A DNA stretch of 64,000 nt from Nitrospirota bacterium (GTDB lineage Bacteria; Nitrospirota; Thermodesulfovibrionia; Thermodesulfovibrionales; Dissulfurispiraceae), in assembly GCA_963790025.1 (NCBI GenBank), contig CAWBMP010000005.1, positions 544,001 to 608,000 on the forward strand, given 5' to 3'. The notes beneath the pieces were generated by a model. It did no database searches. It worked only from the letters and a program-made list of their open reading frames with translations, and was not told where the DNA came from. Position 1 is the stretch's first letter. Each line of letters opens with the position of its first letter. Both the position numbers and the translations under genes were made by a program. Below, in pieces: positions 10,804 to 22,314 of the stretch.

Positions 10804-11412
10804 ATGGATAAGATAAAATATTTTTTAATTGGGTTGCTTCTCCTTGTCGTTGCTTCGGCATCAGGCTGGTTTGTAACGAAGTCCTTTATATCTACGGCCC
10901 GGCAGTTTAAACAACCATTGATTGAACTCAAGAGAGAAACTGCTGTCAACACCGGTGTGCCGGCTGCCTTGAGTAATGACGCAGTTGCCGTCAAAATATT
11001 TCTCTCTGCCGATGAAGGGGAGGGGATAACAGTTGAGGAGCTTAAAATTCGGAACAACCCTATTCCTGTTAAAATGGCCGAGGCTATAATGGCTGAATAT
11101 CTTAAGGGGCTGAAATATGGACTGAAGGACACGAAATTGCTTGGGATCTACCGTGATAAGAGGAGTATTATTTACATTGATTTATCGGAGGAGTTCAGGA
11201 AGAACTTTTCAGGCGATGTCAAACAGGAATATTCACTTTTGAAGTCTCTCTATGAAACAATTACCGTGAATATTCCAGGGACAGAGGACGTGCGGGTGCT
11301 GATTGATGGTAAAGAGGTCGAAAGCATAGGAGGCCACTTTAGTGCCTTATATCCTTTGGGGGACACAGTGAGGGACGATCTCCAGCAAACAGCAGATCAA
11401 AAACCAGGTTAA
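10804..11412 (+). CDS. GerMN domain protein
   Basis: N-terminal TM, YIDLS, VRVLIDGKEVESIGGH; amidase-GerMN-murI-rph gene order. Confidence 0.8.
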   Translation: MDKIKYFLIGLLLLVVASASGWFVTKSFISTARQFKQPLIELKRETAVNTGVPAALSNDAVAVKIFLSADEGEGITVEELKIRNNPIPVKMAEAIMAEYLKGLKYGLKDTKLLGIYRDKRSIIYIDLSEEFRKNFSGDVKQEYSLLKSLYETITVNIPGTEDVRVLIDGKEVESIGGHFSALYPLGDTVRDDLQQTADQKPG

Positions 11413-11442
11413 AGGTAAAAGGTCTTTTAACCTTTTACCCTT
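11406..11442. repeat. Inverted pair of 7-nt tandem repeats (AGGTAAA type)
   Basis: AGGTTAA AGGTAAA AGGT followed by TTAACCTTTTACCCTT; includes the GerMN stop codon. Confidence 0.65.
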
Positions 11443-11450
11443 AGTTTATT

Positions 11451-12251
11451 ATGAATAGCAACGAACATCCTATTGGCATATTCGATTCCGGAATCGGTGG
11501 GCTTACCGTCCTGAAAGAGGTGAGCAGCCTTTTGCCTGGCGAAAATATTATCTATCTCGGTGATACGGCACGCGTCCCTTACGGCACAAGGTCACCTGAA
11601 ACAGTAATGCGGTATTCGTTTGAATGCACCGAATTTCTTCTGAAGCAGAATATTAAACTTCTTGTCGTTGCCTGCAATACGGTTTCAGCAATAAGTTTGC
11701 AGGAGATTTGCAAAAGGGTTTCTATTCCGGTAATCGGGGTCATCGGGCCGGGCGCCAGGGCCGCTGTCAGTGCTACAAAAAATAAAAAGATAGGTATAAT
11801 AGGGACTGAGACAACGATTAAAAGCAGCGCATATTCAAAAGCCATAAAGGCTATGGCGCATGACATGGAGATTTATGGAGTTGCATGTCCCCTCTTTGTG
11901 CCTCTTGTGGAGGAGGGATGGACGGAAGGCGTTATAGCCCGTATGGTGGTGGAACGATACCTCACTGCAATAAAAGATAATGGTGCGGATACCCTTTTAT
12001 TAGGATGCACGCATTATCCCCTCCTGAAAAAAGTGATCCAGGAGGCGATGGGCGATATACGCCTGGTCGACTCCGCTATCGAGACGGCCCTGGCGGTAGA
12101 GCAACTGCTGGGTGAGAAGGAAATGCCGGCTTTGAACAAAGAGGCCGGAGCAAGGAGATTTTTTGTTACGGACTCCCCTGAAAAATTCATATCAGTGGGC
12201 GAACGTTTTCTTGAAACAAAGATCGATACTATAGAAAAAATACAAATATAG
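11451..12251 (+). CDS. murI: Glutamate racemase
   Basis: FDSGIGGLTV, VACNT, LGCTHYP. Confidence 0.97.
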   Translation: MNSNEHPIGIFDSGIGGLTVLKEVSSLLPGENIIYLGDTARVPYGTRSPETVMRYSFECTEFLLKQNIKLLVVACNTVSAISLQEICKRVSIPVIGVIGPGARAAVSATKNKKIGIIGTETTIKSSAYSKAIKAMAHDMEIYGVACPLFVPLVEEGWTEGVIARMVVERYLTAIKDNGADTLLLGCTHYPLLKKVIQEAMGDIRLVDSAIETALAVEQLLGEKEMPALNKEAGARRFFVTDSPEKFISVGERFLETKIDTIEKIQI

Positions 12252-12259
12252 ACGCTTAC

Positions 12260-12323
12260 AGAGTTCAGCATACTGCGTTCAGAAACACGACAGCTCAGAA
12301 CGCTGAACGCAGTACGCTGAACT
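12260..12323. repeat. Inverted pair of 7-nt tandem repeats (AGCGTAC/TGCGTTC type)
   Basis: AGTTCAGCATACTGCGTTCAG (12262-12282) pairs 20/21 with 12303-12323; followed by a T-run. Confidence 0.8.
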
Positions 12324-12340
12324 TTTTTGTTGGAGGTTGA

Positions 12341-13051
12341 ATGAGGCCTGACGGACGGACTAAGGATGAACTGAGGAAAGTAAAAATAACGAGAAATTTT
12401 ATTCCCGCTGCCGAGGGGTCGGTGCTTATCGAAGTAGGCAATACAAAAGTGATTTGTACTGCGACGATTGAGGACAAGGTCCCTCCTTTTCTCAGGGACC
12501 AGAAAAAAGGGTGGGTAACCGCTGAATATGGCATGCTCCCCAGGTCTACGCAGACACGGATGACGAGGGAATCTTCAACCGGACGTGTCGGAGGCAGGAC
12601 GCAGGAAATACAGCGTCTGATCGGAAGGTCCTTGAGGGCTGTAGTGGCCCGGGAACTGCTCGGTGAGCGAACGGTCTGGATGGACTGTGATGTCATACAG
12701 GCTGATGGCGGGACAAGGACCGCTTCGATTACCGGCGCTTATATCGCGTTCAGGGATGCTATGGAGTATGCCTTAAGAAATAGAATTATCTCAAAAAACC
12801 CTCTTGTGGATGGCCTCGCCGCGGTCAGCGTAGGCATTGTCGATAATGAGGCGCGTCTCGATCTCTGTTATAAAGAAGATGCCCTGGCAGAGGTGGATAT
12901 GAATGTTGTCATGACGGGCAGCGGTAAGATAGTCGAAATACAGGGTACCGCTGAGGCCGGCGCTTTCTCCAGGGAAATGCTCGACGATATGCTCTCGCTG
13001 GCGGAGAAAGGTATCTCCGAATTAATATGTATACAGAAAGAAACACTTTAG
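12341..13051 (+). CDS. rph: Ribonuclease PH
   Basis: [35 protein letters not shown]. Confidence 0.98.
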   Translation: MRPDGRTKDELRKVKITRNFIPAAEGSVLIEVGNTKVICTATIEDKVPPFLRDQKKGWVTAEYGMLPRSTQTRMTRESSTGRVGGRTQEIQRLIGRSLRAVVARELLGERTVWMDCDVIQADGGTRTASITGAYIAFRDAMEYALRNRIISKNPLVDGLAAVSVGIVDNEARLDLCYKEDALAEVDMNVVMTGSGKIVEIQGTAEAGAFSREMLDDMLSLAEKGISELICIQKETL

Positions 13052-13074
13052 GGGAAATATGGTAGAATAGAAAA

Positions 13075-14934
13075 ATGCAGGGGAAAGATATGTATAAGAG
13101 CTTGTTTGTCTGGCTGCTCATCGGAATGGCAATGATTCTGCTTTTCAACCTCTTCAACGTGCCTCCCAAAGCCGAAAAGGAAATGATATTTTCCGATTTT
13201 ATCAGCAAGGTAGAGGCGGGGGAGGTCGATGAAGTTACGATAAAGGAGAACCATATAACGGGACGTCTGAAGGACGGTAACAAATTCAGAACGTATGCGG
13301 TGGAGTATCCTGATCTGGTGAAAGAATTAAGACTGAAAGATGTCAAGATAACGGCCAAGCCGCCTGATCAAAATCCGTGGTATGTCAACTTTTTCTTCTC
13401 CTGGGGACCGATCATATTCCTGGTACTTGTATGGATATTTTTTATGCGGCAGATGCAAATGGGCGGTAATAAGGCCATGTCTTTCGGAAAGGCGAAGGCA
13501 AAACTGGTTTCCGACAAGGCGGTCAAGGTTACCTTTGCCGATGTAGCCGGTGTGGAAGAAGCCAAAGCCGAGGTTGAGGAAATCATCGAGTTTCTCAAGG
13601 ACCCTCAAAAATTTTCCAAACTCGGCGGAAAGATCCCCAAAGGCGTTCTGTTGGTCGGTTCTCCCGGCACCGGCAAGACGCTTCTCGCCAAAGCCATTGC
13701 TGGTGAGGCAGCAGTGCCGTTTTTTTCCATTTCGGGTTCGGATTTTGTCGAAATGTTTGTCGGTGTGGGCGCCTCTCGCGTACGCGACCTCTTTGAACAA
13801 GCCAAAAAGAATGCACCTTGTATTATATTCATTGACGAAATTGACGCTGTCGGCAGGCACAGGGGGGCCGGTCTCGGCGGCGGTCACGATGAGCGGGAGC
13901 AGACCCTGAACCAATTGCTCGTTGAAATGGACGGTTTCGAAGGGAACGAGGGTGTGATTATTATCGCGGCCACAAACAGGCCTGATGTCCTTGACCCGGC
14001 GCTTCTGAGGCCAGGGAGATTTGACCGGCAAATAGTCGTGCCGACCCCGGACGTGAAAGGGCGTATTGAGATACTTAAAGTGCATACAAAGAATATTCCT
14101 GTATCCGAGAACGTCAATCTCGATAAGATTGCCAGGGGAACACCGGGATTTTCCGGCGCAGACCTTGCAAATCTTGTGAACGAGGCGGCGCTTATTGCTG
14201 CACGAAAAGTGAAGGATAAAGTCGATATGTCTGATTTTGAGTTTGCAAAAGATAAGGTATTGATGGGTGTTGAAAGGCGGAGCATGGTAATAAGCGACAC
14301 CGAAAAGAGAAATACCGCTTATCATGAAGCGGGTCATGCACTGGTTGCCAAATTAACGCCCGGCACGGATCCCATACACAAGGTGAGTATTATCCCGAGG
14401 GGAAGGGCACTTGGAGTCACCCAGCAGCTTCCTATCGACGACCGCTACACTTATTCAAAGGACTACCTTGAGAAAGCCCTGAATATACTTATGGGCGGAA
14501 GGGCTGCCGAGGAGATTGTATTGCACCAAATGACAACTGGTGCGGGCAACGACATCGAGCGGGCCACTGAACTGGCGAGAAAGATGGTTACAGAATGGGG
14601 TATGAGCAGGAAGCTTGGTCCCCTTGCCTTCGGCAAAAAGGAAGAGCAGATATTCCTCGGACGCGAGATAGCCAGACACAAGGATTATAGTGAAAAAACG
14701 GCTGAGGACATTGACGAAGAGGTACGCGGTATTGTTACCAATGCCTATGTGACGGCGAAGAAGATATTGGAAGAGAACCTCGATCTCCTTGAGGCCCTTG
14801 CACAGTCACTCCTTGAGAATGAAACGGTCGATGCCCAGGATATCGATGCCATTATCGAAAAGGTCAAACCTGGAAGCGCTGACGGGAAGAGCGAAGTGGT
14901 CCCCCCATTGGGAATTGTTGCCGGTAACGCGTGA
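13075..14934 (+). CDS. ftsH: ATP-dependent zinc metalloprotease FtsH
   Basis: Two TM segments, [21 protein letters not shown]. Confidence 0.98.
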   Translation: MQGKDMYKSLFVWLLIGMAMILLFNLFNVPPKAEKEMIFSDFISKVEAGEVDEVTIKENHITGRLKDGNKFRTYAVEYPDLVKELRLKDVKITAKPPDQNPWYVNFFFSWGPIIFLVLVWIFFMRQMQMGGNKAMSFGKAKAKLVSDKAVKVTFADVAGVEEAKAEVEEIIEFLKDPQKFSKLGGKIPKGVLLVGSPGTGKTLLAKAIAGEAAVPFFSISGSDFVEMFVGVGASRVRDLFEQAKKNAPCIIFIDEIDAVGRHRGAGLGGGHDEREQTLNQLLVEMDGFEGNEGVIIIAATNRPDVLDPALLRPGRFDRQIVVPTPDVKGRIEILKVHTKNIPVSENVNLDKIARGTPGFSGADLANLVNEAALIAARKVKDKVDMSDFEFAKDKVLMGVERRSMVISDTEKRNTAYHEAGHALVAKLTPGTDPIHKVSIIPRGRALGVTQQLPIDDRYTYSKDYLEKALNILMGGRAAEEIVLHQMTTGAGNDIERATELARKMVTEWGMSRKLGPLAFGKKEEQIFLGREIARHKDYSEKTAEDIDEEVRGIVTNAYVTAKKILEENLDLLEALAQSLLENETVDAQDIDAIIEKVKPGSADGKSEVVPPLGIVAGNA

Positions 14935-15767
14935 TTCTCTCCTGGAACGGTTTCAACCTGAATTTTACCGATAAAACCCATATTATGGGCGTGCTTAATA
15001 TTACCCCTGATTCATTTTCCGACGGGGGTGTTTTCTTCGATAGTCAAAGCGCAGTGCGGCACGCCCATTACCTTATAGACAACGGCGCCGATATTCTTGA
15101 TATCGGAGGGGAGTCCACGAGGCCTGGCGCTGCGGCTGTGCCGCTCGAGGAAGAGCTTAAGCGGACTATTCCCGTTATACAGGCCGTTGCGAGGTCGGCG
15201 CAGATTCCTATTTCTATTGATACCTACAAGTCTGAAGTGGCCCGTCGTGCGCTTGATGCAGGTGCATCCATAGTTAATGATATAAGCGGTCTGAGGTTCG
15301 ATCCCGAAATGCCTAAGGTCGTGGCTGAATATGGAGTGCCCGCTATTGTAATGCATATTAAAGGGACCCCGAAAAATATGCAGGAGCGTCCTGTCTACGA
15401 GGCGCTGATTCCGGAGATCATGGATTATCTTCGATACAGCATCATGCTTGCCGCTGATTCAGGTGTTCCATCAGACAGGATCATTATCGACCCCGGCATC
15501 GGGTTCGGAAAGACCTTTGACCATAACCTTCAGATTATCAGTAACCTGAAAGAATTTACCTTGCTCGGCAGGCCGGTTGCAATCGGCGTGTCGCGGAAGG
15601 CGTTTATCGGGAAATTGTTGTGCGGCGCTCCTTCTGATGCCCGGATAGAAGGTACTGCGGCTGCAGTGGCAGCTTCGATTCTCAACGGCGCGGATATTGT
15701 CCGTGTCCACGATGTCCGTGAGATGGCAAAGGTTGTCAAGGTTGCCGATGCAATAAAGCGGGCATAG
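14931..15767 (+). CDS. folP: Dihydropteroate synthase
   Basis: [35 protein letters not shown] overlap with ftsH. Confidence 0.97.
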   Translation: MILSWNGFNLNFTDKTHIMGVLNITPDSFSDGGVFFDSQSAVRHAHYLIDNGADILDIGGESTRPGAAAVPLEEELKRTIPVIQAVARSAQIPISIDTYKSEVARRALDAGASIVNDISGLRFDPEMPKVVAEYGVPAIVMHIKGTPKNMQERPVYEALIPEIMDYLRYSIMLAADSGVPSDRIIIDPGIGFGKTFDHNLQIISNLKEFTLLGRPVAIGVSRKAFIGKLLCGAPSDARIEGTAAAVAASILNGADIVRVHDVREMAKVVKVADAIKRA

Positions 15768-15796
15768 CACACTACATTGAAAAGGAGAAACAACCC

Positions 15797-18517
15797 ATGC
15801 CTGAAACACAAGACACGGGGTCCCCGCAAAGTCGAAGACTTTCTGGGGTGCAAGAGAGCCGGCAGTATAAATACAGACGCGGGAATTTCGGCCCTCTGCC
15901 GGTTACCCTCCATCACCTGACCATATATATCAATTTTGCCGGCGAGGCTGTTGAGGTTACCAACTGCCTCGCAATGACTGCTAAACATGATCTTGATGAG
16001 ATCGCACTCGATGCCTGCAGCCTTGAAATTATCGACATTGAATTTTGCGGTAGTCCTGAAGACAGCCGCGGAATTTCACTTGCCTATGAATACCTTCGTG
16101 AAATAAATAAGCTGATACTGAAACTGCCTCGCAAGATAAGCAGCGGCGAGAGGTTCTTTGTCAGGACCTCTACCCGCTGTTTCCCTTCTGACCATATACT
16201 CGAAGGTATTTACAAAGACGCAACACCTCCGGCTGCACCGCAGCAGTATGTTTCTCAATGCCAGCAGTGGGGGTTTCAGCGGATCATGCCCATTTTTGAT
16301 GACTGCCGTGCAAAATGCACTATGACTACCACAATAGATGCTGACAGTGCATATACCCATCTCATAAGCAATGGCAATGTCAGCCGCAGTCTCAACCCCG
16401 AAGGAAGGCCGGTGCCGAAAGAGGGTTCTCCCGGCAGGCAGGTCATCACCTTTGACAATTCGCTGCCCATGGCCCCCTATTTGTTTTTAGTGTGTGCCGG
16501 CACCTGGGACACTCTGTCAGATACGGTGACCTATCCGTCAGGCCGGACGGTCCGGCTTGAGTATCTGGTACCCCCAGGTACTGTCGATGAAGTCCGCATC
16601 CCGATGGAGATACTTAAAGCATCTGTCCTCTGGATAAAAAAAACACAGGATTATGAATATACCGGAGACACCTACCGGACGATCTGCATGACTAAATCCA
16701 ATTTCGGCGGGATGGAGAATACCGGCAATACAACAATAGTTACCGATGCCGCGCTTATTAATGAGCATACAATGGATAGCGGACTGCTGTATGCGCATGC
16801 GGTAATTGTCCACGAGTTCGAGCACAACCAGTGCGGCAGCGAGACGACCATGGATACGCCGTTCGATGTCTGGCTTAACGAAGCATATACCGTAGACGTT
16901 GAGCGCCAGTTCATGGCCGATACCTTTGAGCCGTCTTTCATCCGCCTCTTTCAGGTGGACAGCATTCGCAATCCCCTTCTGGGGCCGCTTGCCATCGAGG
17001 ATGCCGGACATGCCGGCCGTATCGTACGTGAAGGGTTCAATGACCCTGATGAGCTGATTGACGGTGTTACCTATGTAAAGGCTGCGGAGGTCATCAGGAT
17101 GCTCCGTCTCATTATCGGCCCCGACAATTTTCGTGATGGCAAAAAACTGTACTTCTCGCGCTACCATAACGGGAATGCAACGACCGATCAGTTTTTCGAG
17201 TGTTTCGAAGAGGCCTCGGGTATCCCGCTTGAACAGTTTAAGAAGGAGTGGCTCTATACAGTCGGCTATCCGGGGGTGATCGCATCAACTCATTATGAAG
17301 GTGCGTCGGGAAAATACAGGATTGCCTTCCATCAGGAAGTGAAACCCGGACAATCGCCGTTCCATATACCGATAGTCCTCGCGCTGGTGGATAAAAACGG
17401 GCATGACATCAAGGAAACTGCGAGGGTTTTTCAGCTCAGGGAGCATGATGCAGAGCTGGTTTTTGAAAACATTACGGAGGCCCCGGCCTTTGCTTCTATG
17501 AACCGCGATTATTCATTTTACGGAACTTTTCAACACCGGAACGCAACCCCGGAGTCAAGGTCTTTACAGGTGCACCTGGACCCTAACTCCTATAACCGGG
17601 TTGATGCCATGCGTCAGCTGACCGATTATGAAAGGATCAAGCTTCTGCTGAATCCTGAAGATACGATTAGCCCGCACTGGCTGTCGCTCTACGGAGCAAT
17701 CCTTTCGGACCGGAGTATGCCTGCCTCGCTGAAGGCATATTTTTTGAGAATAGACGAGCAGCCGATTGACCGTGCGTATGCTGCGTGGTATCAGGAATTG
17801 GTTGCCGCGCGTGAAAAACTGATGCTGGCTGTGAACCGCCGCTATAGGGACGCGCTGCTGAAATTGTTCATCGAGCTGGACACATACTCAATGTCGAAAC
17901 GGCAGTCCCCCAAAGACGGCATAGAAGACCGCATGCTGAAGAACATCCTGCTGGACCTTATCGTGGTTGACGATTCCCCTGAAAGCCACGCGGTAGTGCT
18001 TGATCACTTCAAAGCGGCCACGACCGCGGCGGACAGAGTAGCTGCCCTACTTGCCCTTAACCGCAGTTCGGCGCCCCAGAGGCTAACGCTGCTTGAAGAG
18101 GTGTATGCAAACTGGCATGCCCATCTAAGCGGGTATGCCAATTATCTTCGCATTGTGGGGAGCGGAACGAGAGAGGATGTCTTTGAAATGATAGAGGCTG
18201 AAAAAAAGCGTCCAGGTTTCGATATTACACAGCCTACATGGAGCAGGGCACTTTTCATGTCCATGGCGGCCAATAACAAAATGGTGTGGACCGGGCGGGG
18301 AATCAGATGGGTCGCAGATACCGTTATAGAACTTGCTCCGATCAATGCGACAACTACAGGACGCCTGCTTAATACCTTTCAGCATGTGCGGCTGTTGAAA
18401 CCGGCTTTGCAGGAAAACGTGCTGGAAGAGCTAAAGCGCATAGTCCTGAGCGTTCCTGAAAAAGTCAGTCCGCCAATTTACGGACAGGCCAGCGCCTATT
18501 TGAATAACCCCTCCTAA
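15797..18517 (+). CDS. pepN: M1 family aminopeptidase N
   Basis: GGMEN, HEFEH-x18-E zinc motif, TYVKAAEVIRM, PepN-type C-terminal domain. Confidence 0.88.
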   Translation: MPETQDTGSPQSRRLSGVQESRQYKYRRGNFGPLPVTLHHLTIYINFAGEAVEVTNCLAMTAKHDLDEIALDACSLEIIDIEFCGSPEDSRGISLAYEYLREINKLILKLPRKISSGERFFVRTSTRCFPSDHILEGIYKDATPPAAPQQYVSQCQQWGFQRIMPIFDDCRAKCTMTTTIDADSAYTHLISNGNVSRSLNPEGRPVPKEGSPGRQVITFDNSLPMAPYLFLVCAGTWDTLSDTVTYPSGRTVRLEYLVPPGTVDEVRIPMEILKASVLWIKKTQDYEYTGDTYRTICMTKSNFGGMENTGNTTIVTDAALINEHTMDSGLLYAHAVIVHEFEHNQCGSETTMDTPFDVWLNEAYTVDVERQFMADTFEPSFIRLFQVDSIRNPLLGPLAIEDAGHAGRIVREGFNDPDELIDGVTYVKAAEVIRMLRLIIGPDNFRDGKKLYFSRYHNGNATTDQFFECFEEASGIPLEQFKKEWLYTVGYPGVIASTHYEGASGKYRIAFHQEVKPGQSPFHIPIVLALVDKNGHDIKETARVFQLREHDAELVFENITEAPAFASMNRDYSFYGTFQHRNATPESRSLQVHLDPNSYNRVDAMRQLTDYERIKLLLNPEDTISPHWLSLYGAILSDRSMPASLKAYFLRIDEQPIDRAYAAWYQELVAAREKLMLAVNRRYRDALLKLFIELDTYSMSKRQSPKDGIEDRMLKNILLDLIVVDDSPESHAVVLDHFKAATTAADRVAALLALNRSSAPQRLTLLEEVYANWHAHLSGYANYLRIVGSGTREDVFEMIEAEKKRPGFDITQPTWSRALFMSMAANNKMVWTGRGIRWVADTVIELAPINATTTGRLLNTFQHVRLLKPALQENVLEELKRIVLSVPEKVSPPIYGQASAYLNNPS
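15818..15850 (+). repeat. 33-bp GAA-loop hairpin mini-element, copy 1, in frame in pepN
   Basis: GGGTCCCCGCAAAGTCGAAGACTTTCTGGGGTG, encoding GSPQSRRLSGV. Confidence 0.8.
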
Positions 18518-18638
18518 CCTCCCCAACCTTACCCCTAAAAGTCTTCGACTTTCCGGGGACCCGTTCGATACTTCAAGGGGAGGAATAAAAAAAGAGGTTC
18601 CCCCTCTTAAGTGTAGGGTGCAGGGTGAGGGGGAGTTA
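18505..18638. repeat. REP-like palindromic repeat, copy 1 (hosts the 33-bp element)
   Basis: AACCCCTCC...CAAGGGGAGGAATAAAAAAAGAGGTTCCCCCTCTT...GGGGGAGTTA; homologous to 22315-22442. Confidence 0.7.
18530..18562 (-). repeat. 33-bp GAA-loop hairpin mini-element, copy 2
   Basis: TACCCCTAAAAGTCTTCGACTTTCCGGGGACCC, approximate reverse complement of copy 1. Confidence 0.8.
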
Positions 18639-18938
18639 TGAATACAACATAAAATGCTCCATTGCTGAAGTAGCGGAGAGGATCTTTTTCCAGTACTCAG
18701 AAGCGCTGGTGAGTCAGCCCAAGGAGTAAGATCGGAAATGGTTGTCCGTAGATTACGAAGTTCTTCTAAAAATCGATATTGTCAATAATTTTAAACTAAT
18801 CAACAGTGACGCAGGAAATTCACATAACTCAATCAGTGTCATGCACTGACAGATTATTACGATAATTTATGTTGCCGGGTGAAGATATCGTTTTTTTATG
18901 ACATCGTCCAGCTTTTGGCGGCTCATCCGTTATAAAAC

Positions 18939-19335
18939 TCATCCCTGCTTTTGGGAACAGCGACCTTCTTTTTTCAATGCCACTCCCTTGTTTACAACCT
19001 CCAGGAGCAATTCAGGCGAAAACGGTTTTGGCAGGTAATTTATTATCCTCAAATTCAGGGACTCTTTTATGCTTTCCTGGGAAAGATGCCCTGTTATAAG
19101 CACAATATTGATATCCTGGTCCTTGGTCCGCACCTGTTTAATAAATTCCAGGCCGTTCATTCCCGGCAGCTTCAGATACCGTAATTATAAGATCATAGGT
19201 GCTTTTATAGAGCAAGTCAATGGCTTCTTCCGCCGAAGTTGCCGTTTTTACTTCGTAACCATCCGAACTGAGTACCCTCTTACAGCTCTTGAGTATAATT
19301 TGTTCATCATCCACCACGAGGATGTTGCCCTTCAT
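18939..19335 (-). pseudogene. Single-domain response regulator, frameshifted
   Basis: ILVVDDE...YDLIIT in one frame, LKLPGMNG...LPKPF in another; one extra base at ~19178 in the Asp codon. Confidence 0.85.
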
Positions 19336-19419
19336 CCTGAATCCTCCTTATGCCGGAACCAAATGATTTTGCAAAGCACAGGGTTAATTTCCATCATCCT
19401 AAGGTTTTTTTTAGCCTAT

Positions 19420-20386
19420 CTCACTTCCTTTCCTCCGAGGCGGCGGCTGGCTGGTGGGTCTGTGATCTCTGTTTGTGTGCACACTATATCATGTTATTGG
19501 CGTTGTCTTTCGCCACATCCTGGGTGGTTACCACTTTCTCTGTGGATGTCAGCATGCCTTCGACCATTTCTCCATACGAATCGAGTACAGAGTTGATATC
19601 GATGGCAAGCTGACCTATTTCATCCTGCCCTTTTATATTGAGCCTTCCTTTAATATTTCCCTTTCTGACTGACAATGCCAAGTGCTGAATCATTTTGCAG
19701 TAATCTTTGACAGGTCCGGTTATGAATTTGTCGCCCAAAATAATGGTGATAGCCAGCATGATGACGGAAACGACTATCATCGTAATTCCGATCCCATAGA
19801 AGGTTTCTGTTACTGTCCGCGTGACATCGTCAATATAGATTCCTGACCCGATTACCCAACCCCAAGGCTTATAGATGTTGACAAACGATAATTTGGGTTT
19901 AGGTTCCGACTCCCCCGGCTTGGGCCACAAATATTCGACAAAACCATGCCCTTTGTCTTTGGCGACCCTGGCAAACTCCACAAAGATGGCTTTGCCTCTG
20001 GGGTCTCTGTAGTCGGAAAGGTTCTTGCCGTCGAGTTCGGGCTTCATCGGATGCATTATCATTCTTGGCTCGATGTCGTTAATCCATACGTACCCCTTGC
20101 CGTCATTCTCGTATCTGAAATTCCTGATCCTTTCTATGGCCCTCCGTTTTCCCTCTTCAGGCGTAAACTCCCCTTTTGCAATGCGTTTGTCGTACTCAGC
20201 CACGATGCTGCACGCGATCCTTACAACATTTGCCGCATTCTCTTTCTTAACTTCCATGAGCTTCTTGTACGTCATCGGCAACACATACGAAAATACCCCG
20301 ATCATCACGAAACTAACAGCAAGCATCGGAAAAATAGAAATCTTCCAAAACATCGGCAGATTTATGAACCTTAGTTGAACTTTCAT
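19420..20386 (-). pseudogene. Truncated methyl-accepting chemotaxis protein (Cache + HAMP, signalling domain lost)
   Basis: TM-Cache (YVWIND, MIMHP, YLWPKPG, WGWVIGSGIY)-TM-HAMP; TAG at 19484-19486 followed in frame by MCP-like KQRSQTHQPAAASEE, then ends. Confidence 0.75.
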
Positions 20387-20902
20387 AATATGCTCCCTGT
20401 GCTTTTGATTTATCTTTGACTGCAGTTTATCCGGCCGCCATGACTTCTTCTTGAAACAAATGAAAACTCTAATATTACAATAACCAAACTGACTATAACT
20501 TTAAGAAAAGTGTGCTGTCAATAACACGTAACGAGAATGTCAAATTAAATTTTCTTATGGATAAATATAGAGCACACTTCATACCAGGGGACGGGGTAGG
20601 TGGGGACTTTCAAAAGTGCTGAACTAGTGCTGATTTTCGCAGTAATCTGATGGTATCCGATCAGTCTGCACCACAAGGATAATTTCTTGTAACCAGGAAG
20701 ACAAACCTTTTAATAATTTACTCATGTTTTACCCTGATGGCCTTTGCTCCGTAATATCAGGATATGACTATAGACTGGAAAAAATCATCCCGGAATGTGC
20801 AGGCTTGGATACAAAAAAGCGAGGATTGTACTATCCTAACTTACCATACCGCCAACTATCAGTTCAGTGAACTCGTTCGCTTGCGGTGGTTTGCCAGCTG
20901 TT

Positions 20903-22000
20903 TCATTTTGGAATAGTAAGAATAAAATTAGGGTGGCCGTCCCAGGTATTCTCATGCCACATGTTTCCACCGTGCTTTATAATAATATCCCTGCTAATCG
21001 CAAGACCAAGGCCTGTACTATCCTTACTCTCGAACCTTTCAAAGATTTTAGCTCTCTTTTCTTCCTGGATAGGCGGGCCGCTGTTATAAACGTTTAGTCT
21101 ATAGTGGTCTCCCTTGTCTTCGAAGCCAAATGCGATGTACCCTGAAGCAGCGTACTTTATTGCGTTTCGGATAAGATTTCTGTATACGATTCTTATCCAT
21201 CGGGCATTTGCTTTTATAATGATTCTGTTACTTGGAATTGCCCCCAGACGATTGTCTATTCTTATCTTATTTTCTTCTATTTCCGATAAATATTCATCAA
21301 GGATAGGATCAATAATATCCTGCCGCAGATCACAAAATTCCTTCTCCGGCATCTTTATGTTCATCACGGCGGATTTACAAAGGTATTCGCTTAACAGTCT
21401 TTGGAGGCTGACTATTCTGGCAGAAACATCTAAAAGAGTCACTTTGACGCTTTCGTCAATCGAACCGAAAGCCCCCCTAATAACGAGTTTTATCATGCTC
21501 CCGATGGAAATCAAAGGGCTCCTGATATCATGAGTAGCTATGCTCAGCATATTAAGAATATGTTTTTCGTTTTCGACTCTCTCAGTGACATCCCTGCACA
21601 CGCCTATGATACCGACTATTTCCCCTTTACTATTCTCCCAAGGGGACTTGCTGACCGAAATCCAGATTTCCTTTCCGTTATGAGATGGCCTTTTTTCTAT
21701 TTTATCTTTAATAGGTGCCCTTGTTTCCATTACCTGTCTGTCCTCAAGGGAGACCTCTTCTGCCAGGTTTTGTGGTAAAAAGTCATATTCTGTTTTGCCT
21801 ATAATGTCACTAATTGCGGCATTTAGATATACAGAGCAAGTGTTACTTACTGAAACAAATCTCCCATGGACATCTTTGAAATAGACAAAATCAGGGAAGC
21901 CTTGCATAAGCGCTTTTATCATTTGAGCCCACGCATTATCTTTTTCATTCAGTGAATAGACGGTTTCATCATGGAAGGGATTATTACAGTCTAAAGACAT
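20903..22000 (-). CDS. Cytoplasmic PAS-domain sensor histidine kinase
   Basis: PAS-PAC (VYFKD...GIIGVCRDVT), H-box ATHDIRSPL, NLIRNAIKY, STGLGL. Confidence 0.9.
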   Translation of the reverse strand: MSLDCNNPFHDETVYSLNEKDNAWAQMIKALMQGFPDFVYFKDVHGRFVSVSNTCSVYLNAAISDIIGKTEYDFLPQNLAEEVSLEDRQVMETRAPIKDKIEKRPSHNGKEIWISVSKSPWENSKGEIVGIIGVCRDVTERVENEKHILNMLSIATHDIRSPLISIGSMIKLVIRGAFGSIDESVKVTLLDVSARIVSLQRLLSEYLCKSAVMNIKMPEKEFCDLRQDIIDPILDEYLSEIEENKIRIDNRLGAIPSNRIIIKANARWIRIVYRNLIRNAIKYAASGYIAFGFEDKGDHYRLNVYNSGPPIQEEKRAKIFERFESKDSTGLGLAISRDIIIKHGGNMWHENTWDGHPNFILTIPK

Positions 22001-22314
22001 GAAACATTATATCATAATATAAAATTGTTTCCAGAAATTATTATCATTATCTTAGCAAATGATACCACATTGATATTTCATCGTCAGTTTCCACATAATT
22101 TGCGAGATTCATAAATTATACGGAAGCAGCATAATTCATAACTTTGTTATACTTGCCCCGCCTATAAGTACTTCCTTCCGGACGTGAATCAGGAAGTACC
22201 CGAGAATATAATCTCGGCAAATTCTTTTGATAATTTGTATTTTTTGTTGTGCTCCGGTTATGAATATTTGCAGGTGTTATTCGCAGGCTGAATATCTTGC
22301 ATTGAGGAACAGGG

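Noticed and set aside
13327..14337. Long antisense ORFs (also 1534-2286, 32037-33023, 59214-60002)
   Set aside because: Shadows of well-supported genes (ftsH, secA, kdpB, helicase) with no motifs of their own.
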